Positions 1 to 9,570 of a stretch of 64,000 nt of DNA are shown here, piece after piece. Below the pieces are notes generated by a model. That model had not been told where the DNA came from. It did not search any database and saw only the letters and a program-made list of their open reading frames with translations. The first letter of the stretch is position 1; the number at the start of each line of letters is the position of its first letter. The DNA is from a virus: positions 1 through 64,000 of the IMG/VR virus record IMGVR_UViG_3300031414_000013; one strand, written 5' to 3'. Both the position numbers and the translations under genes were made by a program.

Positions 1-42
1 AAACATTGCAATGTTTTCGGTTAGTCCTATACCAACCACTAA

Positions 43-60
43 GGTAATATATACTTGAAA
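43..60 (-). promoter_or_regulatory. phiKZ-like early (virion RNAP) promoter motif driving a gene beyond the left edge
   Basis: Minus strand reads TTTCAAGTATATATTACC, containing the phiKZ early consensus TATATTAC; motif recurs at 7 other intergenic sites. Confidence 0.7.
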
Positions 61-256
61 AATCTTTGGAACTACCCCATAGGGCATTGTGCCCGGTTAG
101 GGGCACCCGCAGATTTCTCTACATAATATATACCAAAATGTGGAGAACTTTTTTGGTTTAACTTATATAACCCTTTGGCTATCTGACCTTGTGGGTCAGT
201 AAGCTCTCTATAATATAGAGCAGTCCATGTAAAAAATTACTTAAGGTGGAGGTTTC

Positions 257-1348
257 ATGTACACGTTGTTCGAAACGCCAAACCCCAAAAAAGCTCCACG
301 CTACTTCTATATGGGGTTTGAAGCTGTACGCCGCAGATGGAAGGAGAACGTGGCTCGACTGCAAGGTCACTGGAAGTCTAGTGGTTACGCAGTGAGTTCC
401 GAACACGTGTTGTCAAAGCTGGTCGGAAGCTTCTCCATACCTTTATACGACGATGTAAGAAAATACCGAGACGCCATTATCGACATGACACCACAGTTGT
501 GTATGGGTCATGGTATAGCGGCACCGACCAACGGTTCTATCACCATCGAGAACCCAGGGTGGTTCTACGGGTTGCGTGACAAAGAGTATTTACTCTCAGT
601 GTCTGACGACTTCGATGCTTATAATGCCGCATTCAACTGGGCAGAGCAGGAACCCGTGAAAGTCCTACGTCATACCCTAACTGATCTGAACATGGCTTTA
701 CCTAACGGTAACGTGCCTGACGTTGCAGACGGTTATGTGATCATCGCCATTAACATTCCTTTATTGGCTGTGATGTACTGGGGATGGTCTAAGACTCAAC
801 TGAGTGCTTCTACGGGAGCCGCTGAACGCATTCAACAGTTCATTGGTCAATACGTGTTGCCTGGCCTACTTCCGTCTCAAACAACGGTAGCGTTCTTCAA
901 CCGAATCCTGCATACACTCAATGAGGTTCCCGTCACACCTGAGCGTCGTGTAAACAGTATTGCTATCGCAACCAACTACACCGGCATCGACCGTGTTATC
1001 CAGACCATGCTGTCTGACTTCAAAACTAACCACATGACATTCACAGAGATCTTCGGGTGTATCCCAACGATCAATGAGGAGTCATTGCTTTCCTTTATAC
1101 AAACACCGGATACTGTCATCGGTAGACAGAACCAGTGGGCGTTAGAAGCAGCATACATTCCCTACGCTTCATTTGCACTCAATCTCTCTGCGTTATTCAA
1201 TAACACACAGAATCAGATGGAGCGCAACTATACGTGGCGATTGGTACAGCGTGTGGTTAATGACAGACTGCTGGATGCAGCGCCGCGCCGTATTCGAAAC
1301 GATTTACGTTTTGACTTCGACACACAAGTTGCAATCTGGACAAAATAG
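257..1348 (+). CDS. Conserved phiKZ-like protein, possibly virion structural
   Basis: 363-aa ORF with GGAGG RBS, convergent with DNA polymerase; function inferred from synteny only. Confidence 0.55.
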   Translation: MYTLFETPNPKKAPRYFYMGFEAVRRRWKENVARLQGHWKSSGYAVSSEHVLSKLVGSFSIPLYDDVRKYRDAIIDMTPQLCMGHGIAAPTNGSITIENPGWFYGLRDKEYLLSVSDDFDAYNAAFNWAEQEPVKVLRHTLTDLNMALPNGNVPDVADGYVIIAINIPLLAVMYWGWSKTQLSASTGAAERIQQFIGQYVLPGLLPSQTTVAFFNRILHTLNEVPVTPERRVNSIAIATNYTGIDRVIQTMLSDFKTNHMTFTEIFGCIPTINEESLLSFIQTPDTVIGRQNQWALEAAYIPYASFALNLSALFNNTQNQMERNYTWRLVQRVVNDRLLDAAPRRIRNDLRFDFDTQVAIWTK

Positions 1349-1354
1349 ATATCT

Positions 1355-1388
1355 GCCTACTCTACTCCTTTGCGGGAGTAGAGTAGGC
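1355..1388. terminator. Intrinsic terminator between convergent genes
   Basis: 14-bp perfect stem GCCTACTCTACTCC/GGAGTAGAGTAGGC followed by TTTATG. Confidence 0.85.
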
Positions 1389-1398
1389 TTTATGTCGC

Positions 1399-3525
1399 CT
1401 AGTGGCGATCAGATATCAAGTTACTAATGCGGTCGTCTACGTTGATGTAATAACCCAGAGACTCCAGAATCAGGTAGTACGCTTCCATCGTGTTATAGAT
1501 GATCTTACGTACGTCGATGACACGGGTGATCTCAGGCGGTACGCCAGAAGACATGACGATGTTTGCCGGAAGCATGATCGTTGTCATTGATGTCTTATCG
1601 TAGCGTGTAGCCCAGGTCTGAAGACGTTCAGCCAGGTCTTTATCTTCGATGCCCTCAATCCAAGCATTAAAGCCTGTCTTGTTGTTAGCAGCAACCGAAG
1701 CTTTGATTGCAAAGAACGGAGGTGGATCAGAATGACCGTACTTATCAGCAAACACCTGCTCCCACAACTCGTAGTACGCGTATGGAGAACTTTCTGGTTT
1801 ACTGTAGAACTCTGGTGCTTTAACCTGCGCCGTGGTTAAGTAACGAGTTTCACCATTCAAGATACTGTTCTGGATTTCACGTTCACGGTCAGCAACATCT
1901 TTAAGAATCTGTTGCAGGTCGATCTGTTCACCACGCAGGACGGTATCCATGATATCACGAATCAGCTTAGTTGCACCGTTCATGATCTCATCCGGTACTT
2001 TGGAGTTCTTAAGCGTTACGCCTTTGATTTCCATTTCCGGTTCGGTATATACGTTACCTTCACGGGCTGACATGTACGCAAAGTAGTGCTTAGCGCGAGG
2101 TGTCAGTGCAAAGACAGGGAACATGTATTCATTCTTCATCGAGACTTTGTGAATCTTCTCTTGAACAATGCCCATGTTGCCGGAGATAACTGCCAGGTAG
2201 TGCTTAACCAGCTGGGAACTGAAGTACACGACGATACTTGCGATATCGTTCGATGTCTCAGTGAAGTCCAGACGACCCCGATACCAGATTGCCCAGTCCT
2301 GTACAGTAAAGATGGTTGAGTCAGTATCTGACACTACCGCAGTACGACGAACAGAGGAGGGGAAGTCAGCCAGTGATGCAGGCACGTTGTCCGTTACCAT
2401 AAAGGCAGTGTAATACGTAGCGTAGGCTGAAATGGCATCCATTACACCTTTAGCGATAGCACCCACTTGCTGTAAGCGTGGACCGTTTTCATTCACTACG
2501 TCCCAAATGGTAGAACCATTCAGAATAGCACCACAGTACAGGCCAACTAACGCGAACTGGTCATCGTCCAGTGCTTTAATAACAGCAACCGGATCTTCCA
2601 CTGGTTCAGTGCGTTTGGTAATCAGACGAGTTAACATCTCACGCGTGAACTCTGGGTTAAACTCTTTCAAGTTCCAGAAGTCGCCCATGTAACAGAAGGC
2701 CGCACGCTGAATCGGAGTCAATCGACTAATCAGTTCAGCTACGTGTGCGAACTTGTCGTCAGCACGCCAGTACAGATCTGTTGACCGTTTAATCTGAGCC
2801 AGAGTTTCTTCTACGCTTGGATAGTGCAGAGTGAACTCATCCATCGCACGTTGGATCTTCACATAGTCAGAGTTGCTAACAATAGAGATGATATTACCCA
2901 GCGTGATATCCAGGTTGTAGTAATGACGGTTGCCGGTAATGAAGCGCTCGTTAGAGGCGTTAGCGGTACCCGAAGCAGAACGACAAACTGAGGTCAGTGT
3001 TGAGTGCGATGACTTATTGTAAAGTGGGGTCGAAGCAGATGCGTGTGCACCAGACAGACTGTTGTTCTTTACCTTATAAGTCGTTTGCAGGATGTTGAAG
3101 AAGGTCTTGCCTGCTTTGTCCCCCGCCATGTCTGCTAAGAACATCTTCTTCTTAACGTCTTTACGTTTCTGCAAGTTCAGCAGGATGTATTCTGCTAACA
3201 GAGAACGCTTTTCGGCCGGGTTGAAATACACCGCCATGGTTGGCGACATGATACAGCTACGCTCACTAACTGTACGCAGATAGCCAGACACCGTACCCGT
3301 ATAAACTTCACGGTTGCCTTCGGTTTCTTTAGCCAGATACAAGACACGAGGGTCTTTAAACTCATGAGTCCCGCCAGGGCTAATTGCCGCCTTGACTTTC
3401 TCGTAGCACTCTTCGTAAGGCAGCCCTTTCTTGATTGAAAGGTAGGATGCTGCATCGTGCAAGTAGTGCTTTACCATATCAAGGTCACGACCGTATGACT
3501 CTTGTGGTTGTGTAAATAACTGCAT
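1399..3525 (-). CDS. DNA polymerase, divergent family B, polymerase subunit (phiKZ gp50-like)
   Basis: Motif B-like KVKNNSLSG, motif C SDTDS, KHY and EIKG motifs; no exonuclease motifs; start moved to ATG 3525 (GAGG RBS). Confidence 0.88.
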   Translation of the reverse strand: MQLFTQPQESYGRDLDMVKHYLHDAASYLSIKKGLPYEECYEKVKAAISPGGTHEFKDPRVLYLAKETEGNREVYTGTVSGYLRTVSERSCIMSPTMAVYFNPAEKRSLLAEYILLNLQKRKDVKKKMFLADMAGDKAGKTFFNILQTTYKVKNNSLSGAHASASTPLYNKSSHSTLTSVCRSASGTANASNERFITGNRHYYNLDITLGNIISIVSNSDYVKIQRAMDEFTLHYPSVEETLAQIKRSTDLYWRADDKFAHVAELISRLTPIQRAAFCYMGDFWNLKEFNPEFTREMLTRLITKRTEPVEDPVAVIKALDDDQFALVGLYCGAILNGSTIWDVVNENGPRLQQVGAIAKGVMDAISAYATYYTAFMVTDNVPASLADFPSSVRRTAVVSDTDSTIFTVQDWAIWYRGRLDFTETSNDIASIVVYFSSQLVKHYLAVISGNMGIVQEKIHKVSMKNEYMFPVFALTPRAKHYFAYMSAREGNVYTEPEMEIKGVTLKNSKVPDEIMNGATKLIRDIMDTVLRGEQIDLQQILKDVADREREIQNSILNGETRYLTTAQVKAPEFYSKPESSPYAYYELWEQVFADKYGHSDPPPFFAIKASVAANNKTGFNAWIEGIEDKDLAERLQTWATRYDKTSMTTIMLPANIVMSSGVPPEITRVIDVRKIIYNTMEAYYLILESLGYYINVDDRISNLISDRH

Positions 3526-3585
3526 TGTGTTTTCCTCACTGGTTACTACGCATACCATCAGCAAGGAAAGTAAAAAAAGAAATGG

Positions 3586-3696
3586 GGCATAAAAGGACGG
3601 TCCCCGAAGGGACCGTCAAAGAACATGCTATTTTAAGGAACGTGTACAGCCTAAGGTCCCCGTTACCCGTAGCACCCCTGACACAGACTGTAACAC
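3586..3696 (-). ncRNA. Candidate ~110-nt structured small RNA
   Basis: TATTATATG element at 3696-3704; 5' end pairs in an ~11-bp stem with AGGCUGUACAC; ends at terminator; no credible ORF. Confidence 0.4.
3596..3617 (-). terminator. Intrinsic terminator
   Basis: GACGGTCCC-TTCG-GGGACCGTC then CTTTTATGCC. Confidence 0.85.
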
Positions 3697-3706
3697 ATAT
3701 AATAGC

Positions 3707-4123
3707 TCAACCTACAGTAACAACTTTGGCGACCTTATTACCCGTGGTAGCAATTGCCGCTGTAACCGCGTTAATTACATCCTGGTTACAGTTTTCCACG
3801 TAGAACGCCATTGTGTTGTTACTGACCACAGTAAGTGTGGTCGGGATGATGTACGGCAACCCGATAAAGTCGATAGCACCATTAGCCAGCTTAACCTTTA
3901 ACCAGTTATAGTCATCGGCATTGGGCGGTGTACCCGCAGGCAGAGTACCATACACATTAGCATGTATGGCGTAAGGATCGAAACCCGCCTGTTGAACTGA
4001 ACCTGCGTCAGTAACGCCGAGAATCTTGCACCCGTTGTAATCGGTACGGATGATGTTCTGCGTTTGCTGGTACAGGGAGAAGTTCACGGTGTCGCGGATA
4101 TTTGCACGGCCTAACACATCCAT
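3707..4123 (-). CDS. Conserved phiKZ-like beta-rich protein next to polymerase
   Basis: 138 aa, GGAG RBS, IHANVY...LP...P...DY.W pattern. Confidence 0.7.
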   Translation of the reverse strand: MDVLGRANIRDTVNFSLYQQTQNIIRTDYNGCKILGVTDAGSVQQAGFDPYAIHANVYGTLPAGTPPNADDYNWLKVKLANGAIDFIGLPYIIPTTLTVVSNNTMAFYVENCNQDVINAVTAAIATTGNKVAKVVTVG

Positions 4124-4424
4124 CGTTAATCTCCAGAATTAAGAAATAGTCATAAGGATTTGTCGAATCCCCATGTAAATGAACGTTAGCGAAAGGCATC
4201 GTCAGTTTAAGGAGGAACTCATTTAAGATGGATTCCAACGTATCCATGACATGCTCGTCGAAATCGGAGCAACCATCAGACTCATCTGAGTTTAACAATT
4301 CCTTACAGGCTCTCGCTATATACTTAATCGCTAAATACGGATTAGGTGCTTCTTCCGAATACACCCTTTCCAATGTCAACGTAATCAAGTCATCGAGCCG
4401 TTGATTTCCAAAAATGAATAACAT
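4008..4424 (-). CDS. Hypothetical protein, tandem array member 8
   Basis: Acidic 138 aa; C-terminal tail overlaps next gene by 116 nt. Confidence 0.6.
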   Translation of the reverse strand: MLFIFGNQRLDDLITLTLERVYSEEAPNPYLAIKYIARACKELLNSDESDGCSDFDEHVMDTLESILNEFLLKLTMPFANVHLHGDSTNPYDYFLILEINDGCVRPCKYPRHRELLPVPANAEHHPYRLQRVQDSRRY

Positions 4425-4429
4425 GAGAT

Positions 4430-4843
4430 TTACCCCAAACGGATAAACAGCATCTGGTCCTTAAAAACGTATCCGGTAATAGGCTTTCGAACATTGGAGC
4501 GTTCGTATGCCCTATTCACGTTAATGTCAATCTGGGAGGTGAGCTGTATGATCAATTCTTCGAACAGTGGTTTATCTTCATCGGAACCCTGGTAGTACGC
4601 ATTGTAATAGCGACTAGGTTGTCCATAGGCCCGACGTTCTTGTTGTGCCACATACGAGTTGACCGCAAACTCGACAAGCTCTTCTGGGCTGTACAATATT
4701 TGTATAAAACCAACGTTCCTGTTCAGTGCTACATCAAATACATTATCCAACCCAACGATCATAAACTCAGGTTCGCCGTAGGACTGTAGCGCGTCAGCTA
4801 CAGCCGGTGATGCCTGGAAATGATACCCGCCGTTGTAATTCAT
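4430..4843 (-). CDS. Hypothetical protein, tandem array member 7
   Basis: 137 aa, GGAGG RBS, ATGA overlap with upstream gene. Confidence 0.75.
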   Translation of the reverse strand: MNYNGGYHFQASPAVADALQSYGEPEFMIVGLDNVFDVALNRNVGFIQILYSPEELVEFAVNSYVAQQERRAYGQPSRYYNAYYQGSDEDKPLFEELIIQLTSQIDINVNRAYERSNVRKPITGYVFKDQMLFIRLG

Positions 4844-5295
4844 ACCAATGCCTCCACTACAGACAGAAACAGATAAAGGTCACTTCCTACTATTTGCACT
4901 CTGTCCGCACGAATAAGTTCATATCTACGGGGATCAACAGTTTTTGTTAACACACCATGCAATACATCAGCGAGGTAACTCATGTTAGTTACTAACCCGG
5001 CAAACAAACCACTGCGGTCCTGCTCACGGGTGAACTCAGCACGGTCATCAGCCTCTAGCCATTGACGTACCCGGTTCTCTATGACACCTGTACCGCAACC
5101 ATACATACGGTCCAGTGCCATCGCTAAACATGCGTGTGCTAACGCCAGTTCTTCCAACTCGTAGTTTTCTGCCACGGAACGAAAGAGATCACTATTACCA
5201 CCCATCTCAAAAATACACAGAAGTGGAGTAGTAGAACGTCTCCCCAAACCGTCATGAGTGGGATACATGGTCAGGTCCTCTAAATTCGCGTGCAT
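4840..5295 (-). CDS. Hypothetical protein, tandem array member 6
   Basis: 151 aa, closely packed; start may be 5268. Confidence 0.7.
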   Translation of the reverse strand: MHANLEDLTMYPTHDGLGRRSTTPLLCIFEMGGNSDLFRSVAENYELEELALAHACLAMALDRMYGCGTGVIENRVRQWLEADDRAEFTREQDRSGLFAGLVTNMSYLADVLHGVLTKTVDPRRYELIRADRVQIVGSDLYLFLSVVEALV

Positions 5296-5677
5296 AGTCG
5301 AAGCCTCTTATATATACATCGTCGCCTTCAAACCAGACGCTTTCAACGCAGGCAAAGGAAGACTCATTAGGTAGAGTTACGTACCTAGAGAGCCAGGCTA
5401 CGTACATATTAAATTGACCTTGGATATACTCACAGAGTGCATCCACGTTTATGTTCTTCGGTCGGTTATAGTCGGCCTCTAGAATTTCACGTGCATTACA
5501 CTCGATTATCTCAAACCACTGGTCACGAGTCTCGCCATACTTAATGGAGTAGAACCCGTCGAATGAATAATGGATAATCTGTTCAAAGCTGAAGTAGCGA
5601 GCCAGTTCGTCAAAATGCGGACCATTACCCAGAAACTTCAAACTGTATATCATTAAAAATCCTGGGTTCATGCTCAC
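5252..5677 (-). CDS. Hypothetical protein, tandem array member 5
   Basis: 141 aa, 4-nt overlap with upstream gene. Confidence 0.7.
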   Translation of the reverse strand: MSMNPGFLMIYSLKFLGNGPHFDELARYFSFEQIIHYSFDGFYSIKYGETRDQWFEIIECNAREILEADYNRPKNINVDALCEYIQGQFNMYVAWLSRYVTLPNESSFACVESVWFEGDDVYIRGFDYAREFRGPDHVSHS

Positions 5678-6066
5678 TCCACAAATATCATAACCGTTTT
5701 ATCCGGCAGCACCATTATATCGACTATGCGTTCGCTGGCATTAGGACTCATCACGGCATGACATATAGGCCAGCAGTTATTTGCCACCTGTAAGACCATG
5801 CCATATAGATGTTGTATGATTCGATTAGTCAACTCTTCGACAAGGAAGGGTCTGAATGAATCACGCAGCATGTTCTGTATGTCCACTACCTCTTCACCTC
5901 GAACGCGACAGCTATTAAGCAGGACAGCCATCTCAATAAACTCAGAAGCATAACTGTCCGGAAAATCAGTACCCAATAGGTGACATATATGGTCGATAGA
6001 GCTGGTCAAGTCTAAACAATAAGCTTTCTTGTGCACTGAGTATGTCCTTAATAAAGGTTCGGTCAT
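5674..6066 (-). CDS. Hypothetical protein, tandem array member 4
   Basis: 130 aa, closely packed. Confidence 0.7.
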   Translation of the reverse strand: MTEPLLRTYSVHKKAYCLDLTSSIDHICHLLGTDFPDSYASEFIEMAVLLNSCRVRGEEVVDIQNMLRDSFRPFLVEELTNRIIQHLYGMVLQVANNCWPICHAVMSPNASERIVDIMVLPDKTVMIFVE

Positions 6067-6472
6067 AACGCAGGATTACACTGTCGCCGAAAGAACTGAT
6101 TGAACTGATAGACCAACCGCCGTCATACACAAAACTACTGAGTATCCGTTCGTATTGATATTCAACGCAATCCACCAGTTCTAGTGTAATTCGCACCAGT
6201 TGGTCACAAAGCAACGATAGCGCTACTTCATAAGACACCCCTACAGAACCGGCAATATGGCAGATCGCGTCATTTTGATCTCGCGGTAGGCGCATACGCA
6301 GCCAACAACGTAAATCTTCCTCTGCATCTGGATAAGACTGCGCGTGGTCCCACATGCCAATCGCCAATGCAATCATCCAACCGTTGTCCAGACCAATTGG
6401 GATGCTTACTAAACCTAACTTGCTTTCCATCAAGTTAGTATCTAGCACCACAATAACTGGTTTCTGTTCCAT
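5966..6472 (-). CDS. Hypothetical protein, tandem array member 3
   Basis: Start moved to ATG 6472 (GAGG RBS); tail overlaps next gene. Confidence 0.7.
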   Translation of the reverse strand: MEQKPVIVVLDTNLMESKLGLVSIPIGLDNGWMIALAIGMWDHAQSYPDAEEDLRCWLRMRLPRDQNDAICHIAGSVGVSYEVALSLLCDQLVRITLELVDCVEYQYERILSSFVYDGGWSISSISSFGDSVILRYDRTFIKDILSAQESLLFRLDQLYRPYMSPIGY

Positions 6473-6473
6473 G

Positions 6474-6836
6474 CTACCTCTCAACAATTAAAATCGTAGT
6501 TTCATCGTCCACGAACTTCCAGAAGAAATCGGTTTGAAAGATGGTGACATTTGCCATTCTCTCTATCTGTTCTTTTACTCTGGCGCATAATTTGGAAAAG
6601 AGGTCTTCAACGACCAGAGGCGGTACGCCGAAGACCATCAATTCTTCTTTTACTCGGAGCTGTGCGGTGCCGCGAAAAGGAGAGTATCCCAATACTTGAT
6701 TCATTGTTGCCGTGGTGATGACAGCGTCAGGTATTGCTATACTAGCAGGTATGCCTGCGGCACCCAGTGTCTTATAAAAGTTATCAACCAGAGTCTGAAC
6801 GTCATATACAATAACCATACGACGGTCTAGCTCCAC
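6474..6836 (-). CDS. Hypothetical protein, tandem array member 2
   Basis: 120 aa, GAGGAG RBS. Confidence 0.75.
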   Translation of the reverse strand: MELDRRMVIVYDVQTLVDNFYKTLGAAGIPASIAIPDAVITTATMNQVLGYSPFRGTAQLRVKEELMVFGVPPLVVEDLFSKLCARVKEQIERMANVTIFQTDFFWKFVDDETTILIVER

Positions 6837-6839
6837 GGT

Positions 6840-7286
6840 TTACTCCTCGTCGGGAATCTCTTGGCCGGACAGGCGGTAGTATTCCATAACGCGGTAATCC
6901 ATGCCTTTAGTGAGGAGGAGGTCGCCTACACATTCCACAACTTCCCACACCGCCCACGTATAGCCGATGTTGTTAACAATGGGTTGTTTGACAAATGTGA
7001 AACGAAGGTCATCTAACAGTGCTGCACCAAACTCATCAACCAATTCACCGCCGTACCAAGGTAAGAGTTCTACCAGGTAGTCGTGTGCATGTGTAGAATC
7101 GCCAGCCCAACGCATGAACGTATTAAGGTGATCGTCTGTTGCCAGTCTACCCCAACGTTCACACTCCTCACGTGTGAGCGGCGAGACGTTGGCATGGCGG
7201 CACCAGTTTAATTGCTTTACATAGAACGTTGTTGTTAGTCGAGTTAAGTCTATTAACAAATTCGACACGTTATTATCATCACCCAC
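6840..7286 (-). CDS. Hypothetical protein, tandem array member 1
   Basis: 148 aa, GAGGT RBS, TATG element at 7328-7331. Confidence 0.7.
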   Translation of the reverse strand: MGDDNNVSNLLIDLTRLTTTFYVKQLNWCRHANVSPLTREECERWGRLATDDHLNTFMRWAGDSTHAHDYLVELLPWYGGELVDEFGAALLDDLRFTFVKQPIVNNIGYTWAVWEVVECVGDLLLTKGMDYRVMEYYRLSGQEIPDEE

Positions 7287-7368
7287 GACGCTTACCTCAA
7301 GATTAAAATGCTAAAAATCCTCTTACTCATAAATTTGGGGTAGTCAGTAAATAAATACCGGCATAAAA

Positions 7369-7390
7369 GCTCCTGAAATCAATCAGGAGC
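7369..7390 (-). terminator. Intrinsic terminator
   Basis: GCTCCTGA/TCAGGAGC stem then TTTTATGCCG. Confidence 0.8.
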
Positions 7391-7396
7391 GATTTT

Positions 7397-7903
7397 CTAT
7401 GGCACCCAATGGTTTTGGTAAGGGATTGGTTCAGCAGCCTTGGAGATCGTCTTATCGTACTCAACGAGTAAAAGGTCGTACGGACCCACTGCTAACTCTT
7501 GAAAGATTTTGATAATCTCACGGGGTGAACCCTTTGCTGCACCTGCACCAATCATCGGAATAGTCAACGGTTGTCCGTTAGCCTCCAGACAATGTACCAG
7601 TGCTGCATCCACAGCTTCGTAGATTCTTCCCAGTTGCGCAGAGACATCGTAGTGTGAGTACGTAAACTGCGTATACAGGTTGTAACCTATGCCCCATTCA
7701 AACTCATGGAGTGTGAAGCTACCTAACTTATTTTTGTCACCACGCTTTGACTGTTGGTCTGCTTCATACAAGGCAGGTAAACGGCGTTTGACCTGCTGCG
7801 CTATCCCTAACCCCATTTTGCAGAAACAGTTACAGCCATGAGCAAAGTTTGTTCGGTACTGCTGGGCAACACTAATAGCATTACCCTGCGTCACGTAGAG
7901 CAT
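7397..7903 (-). CDS. Macrodomain (ADP-ribose binding/hydrolase) protein
   Basis: GNA...HGCNCFCKMGLGIAQQV, NLYTQ and PMIGAGAAKG motifs. Confidence 0.88.
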   Translation of the reverse strand: MLYVTQGNAISVAQQYRTNFAHGCNCFCKMGLGIAQQVKRRLPALYEADQQSKRGDKNKLGSFTLHEFEWGIGYNLYTQFTYSHYDVSAQLGRIYEAVDAALVHCLEANGQPLTIPMIGAGAAKGSPREIIKIFQELAVGPYDLLLVEYDKTISKAAEPIPYQNHWVP

Positions 7904-8133
7904 TAGCTGAGTCCTATACCACTTGCCCTATTACAAACCAGGTCGCACTTAGGATCATATTCCTCACGTGGGAACTGTCCATGCCATTCGCCAGAAACCT
8001 GAACACCGTTATCAACGATGTCTCGACAACGGGTACATAAGAACGTGCCCGGCGGCAATGCAACTGCTTTTGGACTAGCCAAATCCGTGTCGTCTACGCA
8101 TCCACATTTATCGCAACAAAATAACATGATCAA
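7903..8133 (-). CDS. Small Cys-rich putative Zn-binding protein
   Basis: CDKCGC...CTRC...GEWHGQFPR; GGAGGAG RBS. Confidence 0.7.
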   Translation of the reverse strand: MIMLFCCDKCGCVDDTDLASPKAVALPPGTFLCTRCRDIVDNGVQVSGEWHGQFPREEYDPKCDLVCNRASGIGLS

Positions 8134-8214
8134 CTCCTCCGATTAAGTACGCTGTGTCGTATTATAGTACAAAATGAAAAAGGAATGTAGGTGGGGACCG
8201 AAGTCCCCTGTTTT

Positions 8215-8652
8215 TCAATCTGCCAGCAGTTTCTCAACCTGCTCAGCAAACCCTACAGTGGAGAACTGTTGCCCTTCGATATTTACATAACGCAAATCGT
8301 TGCGGGTAAGTTGTCCTACCAGCTTAGATGCGTTAGTGTAATCGGCTGGCGTGTATGCGGTATTCTTGCTACCTTCCATGCAGAACTTCTTGAAGGCGAC
8401 AGTCTGTCCGTTTACAGCGAACTCTTTATACACATCGACAGCGAACTCACAATGAGTTGGTTGATCGGCCGGGTAAAAATAGAAAGCGAGTCCATGGTCA
8501 TTTTTCTCACTGACGATGGTAGTCAGCTCTAACGACGCCGTGCTATCGGCACTTACCACACCAACCGTGCCAGTATCGATTGTTTTCCAATCGGAGGCTA
8601 CCGCCGTAGCGGACAGAGACAGAACAACCAGAGCGAGCAGTGATTTAAACAT
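8215..8652 (-). CDS. Exported protein with Sec signal peptide
   Basis: MFKSLLALVVLSLSATAVA signal; one Cys pair. Confidence 0.75.
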   Translation of the reverse strand: MFKSLLALVVLSLSATAVASDWKTIDTGTVGVVSADSTASLELTTIVSEKNDHGLAFYFYPADQPTHCEFAVDVYKEFAVNGQTVAFKKFCMEGSKNTAYTPADYTNASKLVGQLTRNDLRYVNIEGQQFSTVGFAEQVEKLLAD

Positions 8653-8672
8653 GTTACTTTCTTCCTTATAAG

Positions 8673-8960
8673 TTAATGGAGTGCGTCTCCAAGTCGTGCT
8701 CGGAGAACGTTTAGTGATTTTTCGATATCGGGTGCGGTGGCCAGGTTAAAACAGATGTTCTTCACTGTAAGATGCTCAGCCTCGTTACCCTTTCGAATAG
8801 CGAGGTTGCGCAGATTATCTACAGTCATTTCGTTTAACAGCGCTAAGCTGAGTGAGTTAAGGATGTCACCTAATGCATCAACTACAGTAATGGTCTCATC
8901 CTTACTCATGCGGGGCCGCTTGACCCCGCTAGGTTTACGCTTATTTCTTTTCTTCGACAT
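8673..8960 (-). CDS. Small helical protein with basic N-terminus (family shared with 39346 and 54512)
   Basis: 95 aa; LRNLA...VKNICFNLATAPD. Confidence 0.65.
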   Translation of the reverse strand: MSKKRNKRKPSGVKRPRMSKDETITVVDALGDILNSLSLALLNEMTVDNLRNLAIRKGNEAEHLTVKNICFNLATAPDIEKSLNVLRARLGDALH

Positions 8961-9570
8961 GGCGGTTGCCTAAGAGATTATCGAACACTTTGTTCATCTC
9001 CAGGTGACGGTTGTCGCGGACACCTTTGTACTTGACGGTGGTCGTAATAGAATCACGATCTTTCGCCACCATAAACTGAGATGAATACTCTTCACCCAAT
9101 GCGGCAATCTTGTCCATCAGATCCACGAAGTAGAACAGGTGCGATGGCGCTTCCTGTTCGGCGCGATGGTACTCAACCGCAATGTCTTTGTTCAGAGACG
9201 GCATGAACGATTTAGAGTTGTAGCTGTGTTTGATGAGTACTTTATCAATTACAGCGTTCCCTTCGTAGTTAGCTATCGTTGACAGTGTGCCCAAGAGAGT
9301 CCACTTATACGGACGGAAGCCAGTGAAAGCATTGTCGTCCGGAACCATCAATAGACGGGGCTGGAATACGGACAACTGGTGCCAGAAATCCGAAGCATCG
9401 AACTCAGGCAGGCTGTGCAGTGCGGTATAACGCTCGACTGCGGTGTCTTCAATCTGAATCAGCGCTTCGCCGTTTGGATTGTTAACGATATCGACGGTTT
9501 CGTTATTGTCCAGCAATGCTTTCATTGACAGCGGTTGAACTGAATCCAGAATGACGTCTACTACTTTCAT
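8941..9570 (-). CDS. Hypothetical protein
   Basis: 209 aa, GGAG RBS. Confidence 0.75.
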   Translation of the reverse strand: MKVVDVILDSVQPLSMKALLDNNETVDIVNNPNGEALIQIEDTAVERYTALHSLPEFDASDFWHQLSVFQPRLLMVPDDNAFTGFRPYKWTLLGTLSTIANYEGNAVIDKVLIKHSYNSKSFMPSLNKDIAVEYHRAEQEAPSHLFYFVDLMDKIAALGEEYSSQFMVAKDRDSITTTVKYKGVRDNRHLEMNKVFDNLLGNRHVEEKK

